A stretch of DNA of 64,000 nt from Vicugna vicugna (lineage: Eukaryota): positions 992,001-1,056,000 of the forward strand of contig MU057701.1 of NCBI GenBank assembly GCA_013265495.1, read 5' to 3'. Made by a program: the position numbers and the translations under genes. Below the pieces are notes generated by a model. The model saw only the letters and a program-made list of their open reading frames with translations, made no database searches and had not been told where the DNA came from. Positions 48,961-62,290 of the stretch are shown piece after piece. The stretch's first letter is position 1. Each line of letters opens with the position of its first letter.

Positions 48961-49587
48961 GTGCTGTCCCTGGGTGGGAGGATCCAAGCCACAGGCTAGG
49001 TTGCAGGTGAGACTCAGTTCTGGGGAAGAACACAGGCAGGTGCACGACAGAGAATCAAGGTTGCTTGGGGAAGAGCTTAGGAAAGCCTGAAGAGGAAAAG
49101 GTGTTCCAAGTGGAGACAAAGTGAATGAAAGGGAGAGGGACCCACTTAAACTTGCTTAAGTAAGGGATGGGGTGGTTATTCCACACAGTGAGATGAACTT
49201 GGAAATGAACTGTCAGAAGTCACACATGGGTCAGGTCAGGAGTGCTGGCAGGAAACTGGTCAGACAGTCACTCTCTTTGTTTCCTTCTTTGGGTTGTGAA
49301 GCCTCTTATCTCCACTTCTCTTTGCTTGTCTGTTTTGTTAGTCTCTTTCTACACCCTCATTTCCTCTTTTATTTATCAACTTGAACTTTAAAATGGCTTC
49401 CACGGCTGCTAACTCTATGACTTCTCAACGCAGCTCCCCACCACTAACTGTCTCCTGGTGTCCCATTTCATGTTCCAAGGAGAAAAAATCTGATTGGCCA
49501 CTTGGTTAGCTATCCACCTTTGGCTCACTTACCTGAGGCCAAGCTCACCTAGTACCAACAGGGCCACCCAGGCTCATCCCTGTATCA

Positions 49588-49695
49588 GGCAGTGGTTCTC
49601 ACAGTGGATTCTAGCCACCAGCAGCATTAGAAATGTGAATTCATGGACCCCGCCCCAACCTATTGAATCAGCATCTCTAAGGATGGAGCCTAGGA
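49588..49695. mobile_element. MER5-like fragment
   Basis: CAGTGGTTCTCACAGTG...CCAGCAGCATTAGAAATG...CCTATTGAATCAGCATCTCT. Confidence 0.65.
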
Positions 49696-52633
49696 TAATA
49701 CGTTAGCGTCATGGGTGAGGGCAGATTCCCTCAGAAGAGGTTGTGGGTAAGGACCACCATTGTAGTACACCAAAGTAGAGGCTGAGAAGGCAAGAGCTGA
49801 TGCGAGTGGCATGGTGGAGCCTAGACCTGGAGAGACAGGTTCCAGATGTGACCTCAGCGTCTATCCCTGGGGACCAGGCAGGTCTGCTGGGAGGGGGTCA
49901 GGGAAGGGGTCACAGAGAACAGCTTGAAATGTGACCTAATCCTAAACCATGTCAGGACAGGACTACATGTGAAGGTTTTTAGTGAACCTAACTTTGAGGA
50001 CCTGAGACAGGCAGAGGCAGAGAGGAAATGAGTGGAGGTGAGGGAAGAAAAGTCAGGTTGACAACAGCAACTACATGGGGGATGTGCTTGGCTGCTTCAT
50101 CAGTTATAAGCTGATTTGGAGGAAACTAGAACTAAATATTACCTTAAATTGATAATATTTTAAACATTAAAGTAAGTTGAATTTTAAGCAGTGGTAGAAA
50201 CTGCTGAGTGCCTGATGTTTGCTTTTTCCATGGTGCATAAACTGTATTAAATTTGAAATTTACACTACAAAAATAGCTTCACAGGAGTACCATTATTAAC
50301 ATAACCTTACCTCAGACAGATTTTTTATTACTGAAGACAACTCTTCTTTGTGAAAAATACATTAATGGCTGGAGCAGAAGAAAAATACCAACTACAGATG
50401 GTAAGCATTTTCTTGCAAAGTCACATCAAATTTAACATTAGCCATGGAAAACAGAAACATATTTAAACAAAGAGTTTTAAATATTCTTATAACCATGTGT
50501 AGATTTTCACCTCTGGTCTAGGATACCATCATAAAGAGTGCAACTTTAAGTGATAAAAATTCGTTAATGAAAAAGTTTAAAACTCTTGCTTAAAAATGGT
50601 ATTTAATGAGTTGTTACAGCATTTTTGTTGGAAGTTTCTATTCAGTGGCATTTATAAAAAGATGTATTTTATTGGTATGAAATAGGGGATTTAGTATACC
50701 TGAGACAGATTCCTAAAGCAATGATTTGATAAAAGGTGCACAATTCTACTAAGAGCAAATTAGAAGTCATCAGGGACTAAAAAGGCTTTGAAAAGATTTT
50801 CTGCAATTCCCATTCCCATTAGAGGCATGTGCAGGTACAATTTACATTGGAAGTAGATTTTTATTTTAGGAAGAAAGATAAGAGTGAATTCCCAAAGAAT
50901 TGTTAGTCCTCTGTTTTTTCTCAAAAATGTCTAAACGTGTTGCCATGATGAAGCAATGATGTGCATCTAATGCTGAAACTTAATCTAATGAAAGTTTAGC
51001 TCTTCTTAACAGTATGAATGGTTTTAAAGTATTATTCTTATCTGAATCTTTTGTTTTAAACAATAAGAATTAAACTCACATGGAGGCCTAAACAGAGTCC
51101 TTCTCTGCATATTAAGCACATATATATTTTTCTGAACTGTCACTTACATATTTCAGTGTATTGCTTTAAACTTCACAGCAGGCAGTCTCCACAGTTCTGG
51201 CATCATGTTCTGAAATCCTAACTTCTATTATAATACAAAGCTACAAATTGTGTTAGTGGGTGGTTGGGAACAAAGTGTGTGCCATTAGAATAAGGCAAAT
51301 GTGTACGTATACATCAGTTTGTTAAGTTTTATTGCCATAATCCACCCCATCTTTTAAATTGTGATAGCAGTTATTGTTCAAATTGATTAGTGTATTTTCA
51401 GAGCTTCTGTAACACAAAGAAGCATTTCTAAAGGACTTTGTTCACTGCTTTGCACATAGTAGGCACTCAGTATTTGTTGAATGGATTACTAGCACTGTCC
51501 TCTGAATTTCTAGTCTAATTTTCAGAACTTCATATAATTTTTGGATCACTTTACAATCAGGCTGTATCCAGACTGATGACACATTTGTTTTTCCAGGTAA
51601 TTTCATCTTAAGACTAAAATGACATTACTGATGAATTAAAAGAAACGACTGACACTGAATTAGGGTGAAAATATATTAGACTCTATTAAACATTTAAAAT
51701 TGCAATAGTAGTAGCCTTAAGCAAAACTAATAAAACACACAACCCCCCACGCTGTAATCCTTAATTTTTATTGCACTAGATACCTTTGCATGCATACATA
51801 CAATTTTTATTCTTTTAAATTTTGGTTATTTATAAAATCTTCCATATTATGTGATCTTCATAACTGCCATTTAAATGGCAGCATTAAAACCCATGAGGTT
51901 GATGTAACATAATTCACCACTAGGCTGTTAGTTCATCCCCCTTTTGTTATTAATCGAACTTTGGAAAGAACATCTTCTGTGTTATTATATGTCAAGAATA
52001 AACTCCTAAGAGTGCAATTACAGGGTCAAAGGGTAAGGTACACTTATTTTTATTTCATTTTCTATTGTTCCCTCCTGAGATAACGAAATACAGTACTGTA
52101 CAAAAAGCTTCTCATACATTACTCTCCAAGGCTTATCTTGTTAGTAATCCTTTAAGGCATTATCAGAGGAATATCCCTCCTATCCTTGCGCTACAGCTGG
52201 AAAAAGAGCCCAAGCAAGCTGGTAACCTGATCTCATTCACCAGGTGAGTCCTGTTTGGAGGTGGCAACTACGATACTAAGAGCAAAACAGCCCTGGGGAT
52301 TTGCCAGAACCCTTGGTATGGGAATAGTGTCTCCTCCTTTACCCCAGCAACGCTCAATCCGGAGCGCAGCGGAATCGGTTCTAATTTCGCTGGCCCCAGC
52401 CTCTCAGAGCGCCCTGCACGCAGTGGGCGTCTAATAAAAGCAGTCTGCATGGCAAGGACGAAAGCGCTCCTTTAAGTGGGCGGAACACTAAGGCCCTTCT
52501 GGCACCACAGAGCTCCGCTCAGCCGCTCTGCTCCTCCTCCCGCTCCCTCTTCAAGTTCTGCGTGGGACCCTTGGCAGCAGAGCGCCGGGACCACAGCGCC
52601 CAGGACGAGCCCCGGCCCGCCGCCCCCGCGCCC

Positions 52634-53176
52634 NNNNNNNNNNNNNNNNNNNNNNNNNNNNNNNNNNNNNNNNNNNNNNNNNNNNNNNNNNNNNNNNNNN
52701 NNNNNNNNNNNNNNNNNNNNNNNNNNNNNNNNNNNNNNNNNNNNNNNNNNNNNNNNNNNNNNNNNNNNNNNNNNNNNNNNNNNNNNNNNNNNNNNNNNNN
52801 NNNNNNNNNNNNNNNNNNNNNNNNNNNNNNNNNNNNNNNNNNNNNNNNNNNNNNNNNNNNNNNNNNNNNNNNNNNNNNNNNNNNNNNNNNNNNNNNNNNN
52901 NNNNNNNNNNNNNNNNNNNNNNNNNNNNNNNNNNNNNNNNNNNNNNNNNNNNNNNNNNNNNNNNNNNNNNNNNNNNNNNNNNNNNNNNNNNNNNNNNNNN
53001 NNNNNNNNNNNNNNNNNNNNNNNNNNNNNNNNNNNNNNNNNNNNNNNNNNNNNNNNNNNNNNNNNNNNNNNNNNNNNNNNNNNNNNNNNNNNNNNNNNNN
53101 NNNNNNNNNNNNNNNNNNNNNNNNNNNNNNNNNNNNNNNNNNNNNNNNNNNNNNNNNNNNNNNNNNNNNNNNNNNN
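52634..53176. other. Assembly gap (543 N)
   Basis: N run in the most GC-rich part of the island. Confidence 0.99.
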
Positions 53177-53218
53177 CCGGGGGCCGGAGGAATGGGCCCG
53201 TCAAGCTGCGCCTGACAG
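53177..53218 (+). other. Visible 3' part of a probable first exon; splice donor CAG|GTGAGG
   Basis: Near-consensus donor at 53219-53224 followed by G-triplet-rich sequence typical of first-intron starts; the exon start lies in the gap. Confidence 0.7.
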
Positions 53219-56200
53219 GTGAGGGGGTTGGGCGGGCTGCGGGAGCCGGGCCGGGGCGGCGGCGGTGTGGGCGAGCCGGCGGGGGGTGCCTGTGGCCTTG
53301 GGAAGGGCCAGGGTCGCGATCAATGGTGAGTTGGGGGTCGGGGACGTGGGAAGGCCTAGTTCAGGGAGAGTAATTGCAAAACCACTCTCCCTTGTTTGGA
53401 AATTCTTATAAAAGCCAAGGGTGAGTCGGGGGTCTTTTGTTGGGGAGGGGGTGCCCGGGTGGGAATTCCAGGCGGATTTGAGGTCGAAAAGCTTTGGCGG
53501 AGAAGCGCGGCTCTCTCCCGGCGCCTCGGGGAACAGCCCCTGGGCTATTGCCCAGGTGGGGTCGTTGAGGGGATAAAGAGCTCCGGTGGCGGGGATTATT
53601 GAATCCGGTTGCTGACTGCGCGCAGTAAACACTCCTTAAAGATGGAGCGCTTAACGGGAGGGTGTGTGTGTGTTCCCTGGTTGTTAACTTGTTCGCCCAC
53701 TTCTGCCCGCCTGCAAAGCTTCCCCTCTCTGCTGCCATCCGCAGCACCCAGTGCCACACACCTGAAACGCACGACTTTGAGAGGGAAGGAGACTGAGGTT
53801 GACTTTTCCGGTGTGTCTGCCTGATCCGACGACTCCGGCTCATTGTATACTCTGTGTTTTGGAAGTGTTTGATTGTAGGGTAGCGTGTTTTGGGTTGTTC
53901 CTGTAGGCCGCAGAACTTGTCTCACTTCTAACTCTAGACCTGCTTTAAACACACTTTTTTTTCGGTACATTTCTAAGTATGTGCTCATACAAACTTTTAA
54001 GCGAAGTATTCTCTGTCTCTCCACTCTCCTCCCCTTCCCTTTTCTAAATGGAAAAGAATGTTGCTAGATACCAGGCTTTTCTTGCAAAATGTTTATGATT
54101 CCAAGTGAATTAAATCTTTAACATTACAGGTACGTTTTTCTTACAGTGCCATTTTCGATGTTCTTACATGGTCATGTTACCTCATTTTAAGGAAAAATTA
54201 TTTTTGGTTTGAAATGTGTAACTGAAACGAGTATACTTATCCTAGTTTCAGCATTCACTATTAACAAGTTATCCACGTTGATATTCGGATATGTAGTGAG
54301 AAAGAGGGTTTTTCCTTACAGAATCTGTGTGTGTGTATGTGCGTGTGGGTGCTTGTGTAAGAATAGACTGTAATTATGTTTGCCTGCGCTAGACTTTGAG
54401 ATTTATATGGACTAATTTTGTAATTGAATGCTTGTGTGTCTCATCTCAGTCTACTGGCTGAACTTTCAAGATAAAAACTTGCAGTGAACTAAGTATTTGA
54501 GAATTCAGCCTGACTGTATGTTGACTTGCAGTTTAAAAAATATATTATTTTCATGACAATTTTACTTTCCCTAGGGAAAATGGCAAAGAATCATTAACCT
54601 AGTGGTTCTTAATGGAAAATCTGGATTGGGGAATACCTGTCACCCCTATTTCCCCCATTCCGTTTCCTTGTTTTCTTATGAATCAATGGAAACCTTTATA
54701 AAGGATCTTTATTGCTTTAGAGTTTATCTACTGCTGTTCCTGTCTGGAGTCAGTCCTTTGTCAGCGAGCATGGAAAGAACCTGTGATTCCAGGTGTGTAA
54801 AAAGCATCAGAAATAGGCTGGTGACCATTTAATTCTCTCTAGGTTATATATACACTGAGAAAATGAGGGAGAAGACAGGGATTTTGATTTTCTGCGGATA
54901 AAATGATTTTGAGGGTTTTAGTGTGACTCAGTAGGTCTTAAAGTGTTTATCTGTGGTTTGCTTACTGCATGTGATACATTTAAAAAATTCATGAGTAAAG
55001 TTAGGAGAAAAGATTATACTCATTTTTTAGGGGAGAGGGAATACTGGACTAAATTTATAGAGTGGTTTTGTATTTTTAGATTTTTTTCTGAGGAATTTTA
55101 AATACACTGTATCCCCTTAATTGTAAAAACAGTTTGAGATACTCTCAATTTCTTAAAACCATTGGGAATTTGTCTCTGTCATATTTTAAAAGAAAACTAT
55201 TCAGATATTAAAAGCCTTGCCCTCTCCCTTTTGGTTACATATGATGGGTTCTCTTTTATTTTTCCAGGAAAGTTAGCATGTATTTTTTTCATTTTTGTTC
55301 ATTTACAAATTAGATGATATAGATTTTAACAAATAGATTTCAAGAGCTGGATTCAATTAGCAGCTTTTTCGGACATAAACATTAAAGAGTTAGATGGAAA
55401 AGATTGTTTTGACTGACTGGATAAATGACAGGGCTGTGTTTGATGTGCGTCCAGGAATTGGTCTGGAGCTGGTGCCCAACTTTTCAGTCCATCTTGAGAA
55501 GCCAAATAAAATATTTAACCTAGGCCTCGTTTTGTTTAAAAAAAAAAGTTGATTCTTTGTTAAGACCTTAAGAAATGTTTGGCATACCTTTAGACTAAGT
55601 GTTTAACAGTTCATTTAGATCCGGGTTCCATAATAGAGGAAAATTACTTTAAAAAAAATAAGAAAAGGCAGATCCCATAGTGAACTTTTCTTTGGTTTAT
55701 AATACACTTGGGTTGTTAGATGATTTAAAATGATGTTCTTACCCCCCCCACCAAAAAAAGCTTAAAAATGATTGTTCTTTGCTTTAAGTTAATACCATAC
55801 TAGTATTTTAAATTTATAGAGTGCCTTTGATTCTAAGGTGCTTCATAAATTGTAGTTACTCAGTTATATCCTTAATGTAGAGTTCCCCCTTTACTGAAAG
55901 GTGTAAACAGTTCCCACATGGTTGGTCTCTCCCTCTGCCTTCCTCCCACCCTCCCTCTCTCTGTCTCTTTCTCTCATACACATAGGTACAAACTGAAGGA
56001 AAAATATTTGAACCATGAGATTTCTGCCCACAACAGATATTAGACTTTTCCACATATTATTGCTAAGACCACAGTCAGTGAGCGAACAGTTTGGAATCTG
56101 TTGATGCTAAGAAGGCGGGGCTAATTTAATCCTCAATTTGAGATTCCTCAAGCCATTGGTGGTTAAAATCTGATTTGGTCCATCAAGCTACTTCTGTTTT

Positions 56201-57331
56201 TGATGACACAGTAACACTTGATCATTAAAATAAACTGTATGGTAAAGCTGTCAATTTCAACTAGTATTTCTAGAGCAAATTGATTATAAAATTAAAATTT
56301 TTATGCATTATACTTAAGAATAGAATTTTCTTACAGTGGTTTGGGTAGAAGACATTCTTTGGTTATAAAAAATTGGGGGTAATTTTTAATACTGTTTTTG
56401 AAAACCAAAAGCTGAAAAAAACAGTATTCAGTATAATTTCTAATGTTTAAAATTCTTAGATATGGAGAAATAACAGATTACTTCTCCAGAACATTTATTG
56501 CAGATCTTTTTGTAATTTAAATGTTTATGTATGCTACTCTTCGTGTTCTTAGTTTATAAAACCCTTGGCAGTAATGAGGCTAACCTTGTCTATAGCTAAA
56601 AGGAAATTAACTTTAAAAGTTTCTCTTTAGATATGCTGGTATCTTTGTATTGTTTTACTGCATATTTTATTGATTCACAGTTTTAAAAATTACAACTTGA
56701 TTATCTCTCACAGGTTTCTAAGTAGGAATGTGGCTGTATACCATAATGACTTTTTCTAGGGGTGTTAGTGATTTGAATGTCCCCAGTTCATTTCATTTTC
56801 TTGGTTTCTGAGGAGGAAGCCAGTGTGGCTTAGCTCCTTCCCTTTCTCTTAAGTTTATCTCTTCTTGTCGAACCCTTCATGCAGGGGGTTGAACCTGCCT
56901 TGGTGCTTCATGTAATTTAGTTTTCATTGGTGAGTAGTGTGTATATGTGTGTGTTTAATCATGAATTCTACTTTTTTCCTGTTGGTTGGTTCAACCAAAC
57001 TGTAACTATCACAACATACAAACGTCATTTATTTAGCATGTAATTTAGCATTAGCTCAATTTTCAAGGTAAATGAAGGTCCACATTTTAGCCACATAAGA
57101 GTTTTATTTTAGCCATTTTTGAAGTCTTGTAAAGATGATGTATGTCCCACTCCTTAAATAGACCATGCTTAACAGAACTAAGGTGTTATTTATGATTCAG
57201 TATCATTATGAATATAAATTTTGCTGTTATGTGTATTACAAGGATATCATCTTGGTATATAGAGAAAACTGGCTGGCTGTGGTGACGTGTTGTTTAAACC
57301 TGTTCTTACTGCTTCTTTCTTTGCCCTTGTT

Positions 57332-57473
57332 TTTTTTTTTTTTTTTGTTTTTTTTTTTAATTGAAGTATAGTCAGTTTACAATGTCAATTTCTGGTATAC
57401 GTCGTAATAGTTCAGTCATACATAGACATATATATATTCATTTTCGTATTCTTTTTCATTATAGGTTACTAAA
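57332..57473 (-). mobile_element. Young L1 3' end with poly(A) and TSD
   Basis: Long T tract then ATTGAAGTATAGTCAGTTTACAATG; TSD TGCCCTTGTT at 57322-57331 and 57474-57483. Confidence 0.88.
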
Positions 57474-57579
57474 TGCCCTTGTTCTTGTTTACTGTTACTT
57501 TCCCTTTTCTAAGAGTGTTGAACCCTTGAAATACACTGTTGTAATCAGCATTGTTATGTGTTTCTGTATGAGGGACATG

Positions 57580-57725
57580 ATGTATTGAATGCTTATTAAG
57601 TAAGTGCCAGACAGTGTATTAAGTTTACATCTGTTATTTTAATTCCCACAATAGCTCCAAGAGGTAGGTGAAACTTGGAGAGGTTAAGTACATGTCAGAA
57701 CCCAAGTTGTCTGTCTACAAAGCCT
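57580..57725 (-). mobile_element. MIR
   Basis: GTATTGAATGCTTATTAAGTAAGTGCCAGACAGTG...GAGAGGTTAAGTA. Confidence 0.65.
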
Positions 57726-58339
57726 GTTGTAGACTTTGTGTGGAAAATAAAATAATTTTATTTATTTGAAATTACCCTTTCCCCTTGAGATCATTGTTCA
57801 TTTTTTAACTCTCAGCTCAAGGTACCCTTATCCATAGATCTTTCCTTGACCTGATTTGACCTTTCCTCTGTGACGAAGAGTCTCTTCCTCTAGTTTCAGG
57901 CCTTACTCACCGAAGGGCCTGTTGTCCAGGCTGTAAGCTCCATGGAGGCAGAATCCTGAGCATGGATTAAGGGCTTTTTGGCATTTTATTAAATCAATGC
58001 TAGAGACATAGAAGTAATTCTGTATAGTTTTATATGTATTTTTTATGGTTAATGCACTAAGTGTGAGTGACAAGAGATGAGGTTATAGACAGGGACCAAC
58101 CCTGGACTTCGCTATATTTTGCCAAGAAGTATGACTTTTTTTTTAAGGTAGTGGGAACCATTGAAGGATCTTAAGCTTTGATATATTTAATGTTTAGAAA
58201 CATTAATTTTGGGGCAATAGGATGGACTGGAATGGGTACTGTGAAGACTGATTTTAGGATAACCAGTTAAGAGAATGCTCATAATAAACATTGTTCGTTT
58301 TTTTTGATTTTAACTTTTACTTTATTTCTAAATTTTGTT

Positions 58340-59460
58340 TTTATAGATAATGGCTGTAAATATCTTGGTGTAGATAACTTTGATTTTTTTTTTTTAAAGA
58401 TTATTTTCTTAGGGTATTTCCATAGAGAGAATGCTTCTGCATTAAAGGATGTGGGTCTTTTTAAGGTTCTTGATTAATTTTTCCTCAGGCTGTTTTCTAA
58501 AAGAATTGTGCCTACTTAGAGCAGCAATGAATAACTGTGTCCCTTTTTACTATTCTGTTACAAGAATTGGCTCTTGTTTTTAAATTTTTTTGCTAATTTT
58601 ATGGCACATAGTATTTAACATTTTCCTGTGAGGCTGAATATTTTCCTGTCTGTTTACTAATTACGATTCTCTTTGTTGACTTGTTTGGTCCCGTCCTAGT
58701 TATTTGTTAGGGCTTTTGTGTTTTTCTTATTGATCTGCCTGAGAATTAAAAAGATATTAATCTGTTGTCGTATTTGTTGCAAACATTTTCCTTAGTCTGT
58801 TATTTGACTTTTAATTTTGATCATTTTTGGACATGTAGAAATTTGTTATTTTAGGAGTGAAATCTGTCCAACTTTTCTTTTGGTTTTTTTCTGTATTTCT
58901 GTCCTTAGGAAGGCCGTTTTCTTCAAGAGATGTAGTAAATATTTAAGTACGTTTTATTTTGGTGTTTTTAAAAATGGTTTAGGAAGCTACTCCCCCCCCC
59001 CCAAATTGCCATTCAGTCCTCTCATCATTTAATAACCAATTTTTCCAATTCATAGTGATGTGATATCTTTTTAGTTATGTTAATTATTATAATAGAGTCA
59101 GATTGTCTCTTGTTCAGTGCCATACTCTTAATTATTGTAGCTTTATAATTTAGTTTAATATTCTAATTGTGCTGGAAAATTTTTTTGCTACTTTTATTTT
59201 TTTGCTCTTCAAAATGAATATTAAACTTAAGTTTAAAAAGAAGTTTCATTGGGATTATAATTAGAATTGCATTACTTTGGGAAAAGGAGGCATTTAAGTG
59301 TATTTAGTTTTCCTACACAGGAACACACTGTTTTTACATTTATTTAAGCTTTTGTCTACATTGCTCAGGATAGTTTAATAAGTTTCTAACTATGTTTTAA
59401 TGTAATTCCAACCAATTTATCTTTGTGACATTTCCGTTGTATTTTCTAACCTTAGTTATT
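58340..59460 (-). mobile_element. Highly decayed ancient L1
   Basis: Patchy L1 motifs (TATTTGTTGCAAACATTTTCC; TTAATTATTGTAGCTTTATAAT; TTGGGATTATAATTAGAATTGCATT). Confidence 0.55.
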
Positions 59461-59889
59461 GCTTGTATTTAGGGTTGTAGTCATATATATTTTTACTGGA
59501 TAAGAACGACTTGCTGAACACTAAGCCTGGTAATATTTTACTAATGCTAGTTTTCCAGGTATCAATATTTGGCGTTTTTTACAGTTGAATGTTAACATAA
59601 AATTTTTTTTCTTCTGAATTTTTCCACTAATGTATAATTAGTTGAACAAAGTGAAGAGTTTTATGTCAGTTTGTTTTAGAATAACTTCTGAAGGCATTGA
59701 CTCCTTTTTAAAAAATTGCATTTGATATGAATTAAGAAGTATCAACATGTGTCTTAAGTTTGGCAATTTGCTTTGGTTTCTTACTAAAAATTGATGGCAG
59801 ACATAAAACTTAAGTTTTAAAATAAATCTTGATGACTCATTTTATGTAGGAATTCCTACATAGATGATTGCACAAATGGCATTTCTTTC

Positions 59890-61065
59890 TTCCCCAAAAG
59901 TTTCCTCATGTCCCTTGACAATCAATCTCCTTCTCCCATTCCCAGTCCTTGGCAACCAGTGATTTACTTTCTGTCACTATAGTTTTGCCTTTTCTAGAAT
60001 TTTGTGTAAATGGGATCATACGGTATGTAGTCTTCTGGGTCAGACTTCTTTCACTTAGTGTAGTGCTTTGGAGATCCATCCATATTGTGTATCAGTTGTT
60101 TGTTCCTTTTATTCCTGAGAAATATTGTATTGTACACACCCCCCCCATTTTGTTTATCTATTCACAAATATCCACAGACATTGGTTTCTAGTTTTTGGCC
60201 ATTGTGAATAAAGCTGTTATGAACATTTGGGTACATCTCTCTTTGTGAACATGTTTTTATTTCTTTTGGGTAAATGATTAGGATTGTTGGATCATATGGT
60301 AAGTATGTGTTTAACTTAAAAAAAAAATCTGCTAAACTGTTTTTCAAAGTTGTACCATTTTACATTTCTGCCAGCAATTTATGAGAGTTCCAGTTGCTCC
60401 TAATCCTAGCCAACACTTCATCACTTGCTGTTGTCAGTCTTTAATGTTAGCCATTATAATTGGTGTGTAGAGATAAATTCAGTGTAGGTTTAATTTTAAT
60501 TCCCTTGTTGACCTACCATGTTTAGCATCTTTAAATGGACTTTTTTGTCATCTGTGCATCTTTGTTGAATATCTGGTCAAATCTTTTGCTCATAGTTTTA
60601 AAATTGGATTGTTTTCTTATGAATTTTGAGAACTCTTTTTGTATTCTGGATATAAGTCCTTCATCCAGTATGTGTTTTGCAAATATTTTCTCCTGATCTC
60701 AAAGAGCAGAAGTTTTAAATTTTGATTAAGCCCTGTTCATCAGTTTTTTTCTTTATGGTTCATGCTTTTAATGTCCTGTATAAGAAATCCATTCCTAATC
60801 CACAGTTCTAAAGATCTTCTGTTTTCTTCTGCATTGTTTATAATATTAGTACTTACATTTAGATCTGTGACCTTTCTAAAGTTAGAGAAGGGTAAGTTTC
60901 TTTTTCATTTTTTTCCATATGGATATCCAATTTTCCCAGCACTATTTGTTAAAATACTTTTGTTTCCTCCGTTGAATTACCTTGGTGCCTTGGCTGAAAA
61001 TCAGTTGACAATGTACATGTTCTATTTCTGGACTCTGTTCTGTTCCTTTTATCTGTATTCTGTCT
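59890..61065 (-). mobile_element. L1MC/MB-like 3' region
   Basis: GGCAACCAGTGATTTACTTTCTGTCACTATAGTTTTGCCTTTTCTAGAATTT...GTATTCTGGATATAAGTCCTT...TTGAATTACCTTGGTGCCTTGG. Confidence 0.85.
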
Positions 61066-61854
61066 TTCATAAATTTATTGTTTACAATTCACACTTTGTT
61101 TTTTGTATTAATTTTTTTTGAAGTATAGTCAGTCACTGTATCTTTAACTTAAATCTTCTGATTTCAAACATTGATTAAAAAAATTTTCATAAACATTTTG
61201 ATAACAGTTTAATAAGCTTAGTTGAGTCTTATTTAGGACCCTGTAATGCTTTAGGATCCTATAATGCTTTAGAGCCATTATTTCATTTATTTAGTCAACA
61301 AATATTTATCAATTTTGTGACATGAGTCAGATAATTGATTTTTTAAAAATATATGTATAATACTATGAATGGAGATAGAAGAAATCAGAATAAACCTCGC
61401 TTGGGCTCAATATTTTTCTTTTCAAAATTTCTACTATGAACCTTTAAAAAGTTTATTATTATTATTTTTTATCTCTGCTGATGAAAGTGGGTTACAGTAA
61501 GCATGACCTAACAAGATTTGCTATTTACCAGCTATCAGGCCCCTCATATCATTTTTGGAAAAAGTTGAGGTAAAAAGAATAAACATATCTAAAATATAGC
61601 AGTAGAAAAGAAAGGATATAATTGTTTTGTTAAATGTGGGTTGGACTATTTTTTTCTACTTATATTTTACATTATGAGCATTTTTCCCCTATAAGACAAA
61701 AGCAAGGAAGAAACTTGACTTTATTAAAATTCTAAGTAGAATTTTTTATTTGACCACTGTGCATTCCTGGGAACTGTCACAAAGCAGACATCTGTAATTG
61801 TCTGTAACAAAACAGACACCTTATTTACTGTTTAAGATATACTTGATAATTTTG

Positions 61855-62070
61855 TGGGAGGCAGTTGGGATGTTGTGGAAAGAGTATAGAAGTTGAAGCC
61901 AGAAAATTTGGGTTTATATTATACTTATGTCACTGATAAGCTTTGTGCCTTTAAGTAAATCACTTACCTTCTTGGTACCTGTGCTTTTAGTTATACATGC
62001 ATGTTTAAAATGATAGTGTTACTTATTTTAGGATCCTGCTGGACAAGAAGTAATATATGTGAAAAATACT
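61855..62070 (+). mobile_element. MIR
   Basis: GGGAGGCAGTTGGGATGTTGTGGAAAGAG...CTTTGTGCCTTTAAGTAAATCACTTACCTTC. Confidence 0.65.
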
Positions 62071-62290
62071 GTTCAAATTATTATGTTAATGTATTTTGAC
62101 ATTTTGGATCAAAAACTGTGTTTTAAATAAAGTAGTCATAGCCAACTATATGCTGTTTTATAGGAGCAAGTGCAACATTAATAATGATTAATACAGGTAT
62201 TGGTTTAAATAAAATCATGTTTTATAAAATAGGCATAAAAGTTTTGTACACCTTGGGATATCAGTGTATTATAAAGAATCCATATAGTTA

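Larger units (their letters stand above)
52350..53835 (+). promoter_or_regulatory. CpG island / promoter of an unidentified + strand gene
   Basis: Sharp rise in GC and CpG (CCCGGCCCGCCGCCCCCGCGCCC; GGCCGGGGCGGCGGCGG); GC boxes; AT-rich flanks on both sides. Confidence 0.9.

Noticed and set aside
52476..53222. 217-248 aa ORFs
   Set aside because: Artefacts of translating through the N gap.
2855..54930. Scattered TGA(C/G)TCA AP-1 sites
   Set aside because: The number noticed is about what chance predicts for a 7-mer in 64 kb.
56714..56929. Possible 216-nt exon (CTCTCACAG| ... |GTGAGT)
   Set aside because: Splice-like motifs alone are frequent in long introns, and there is no coding signal or other support.
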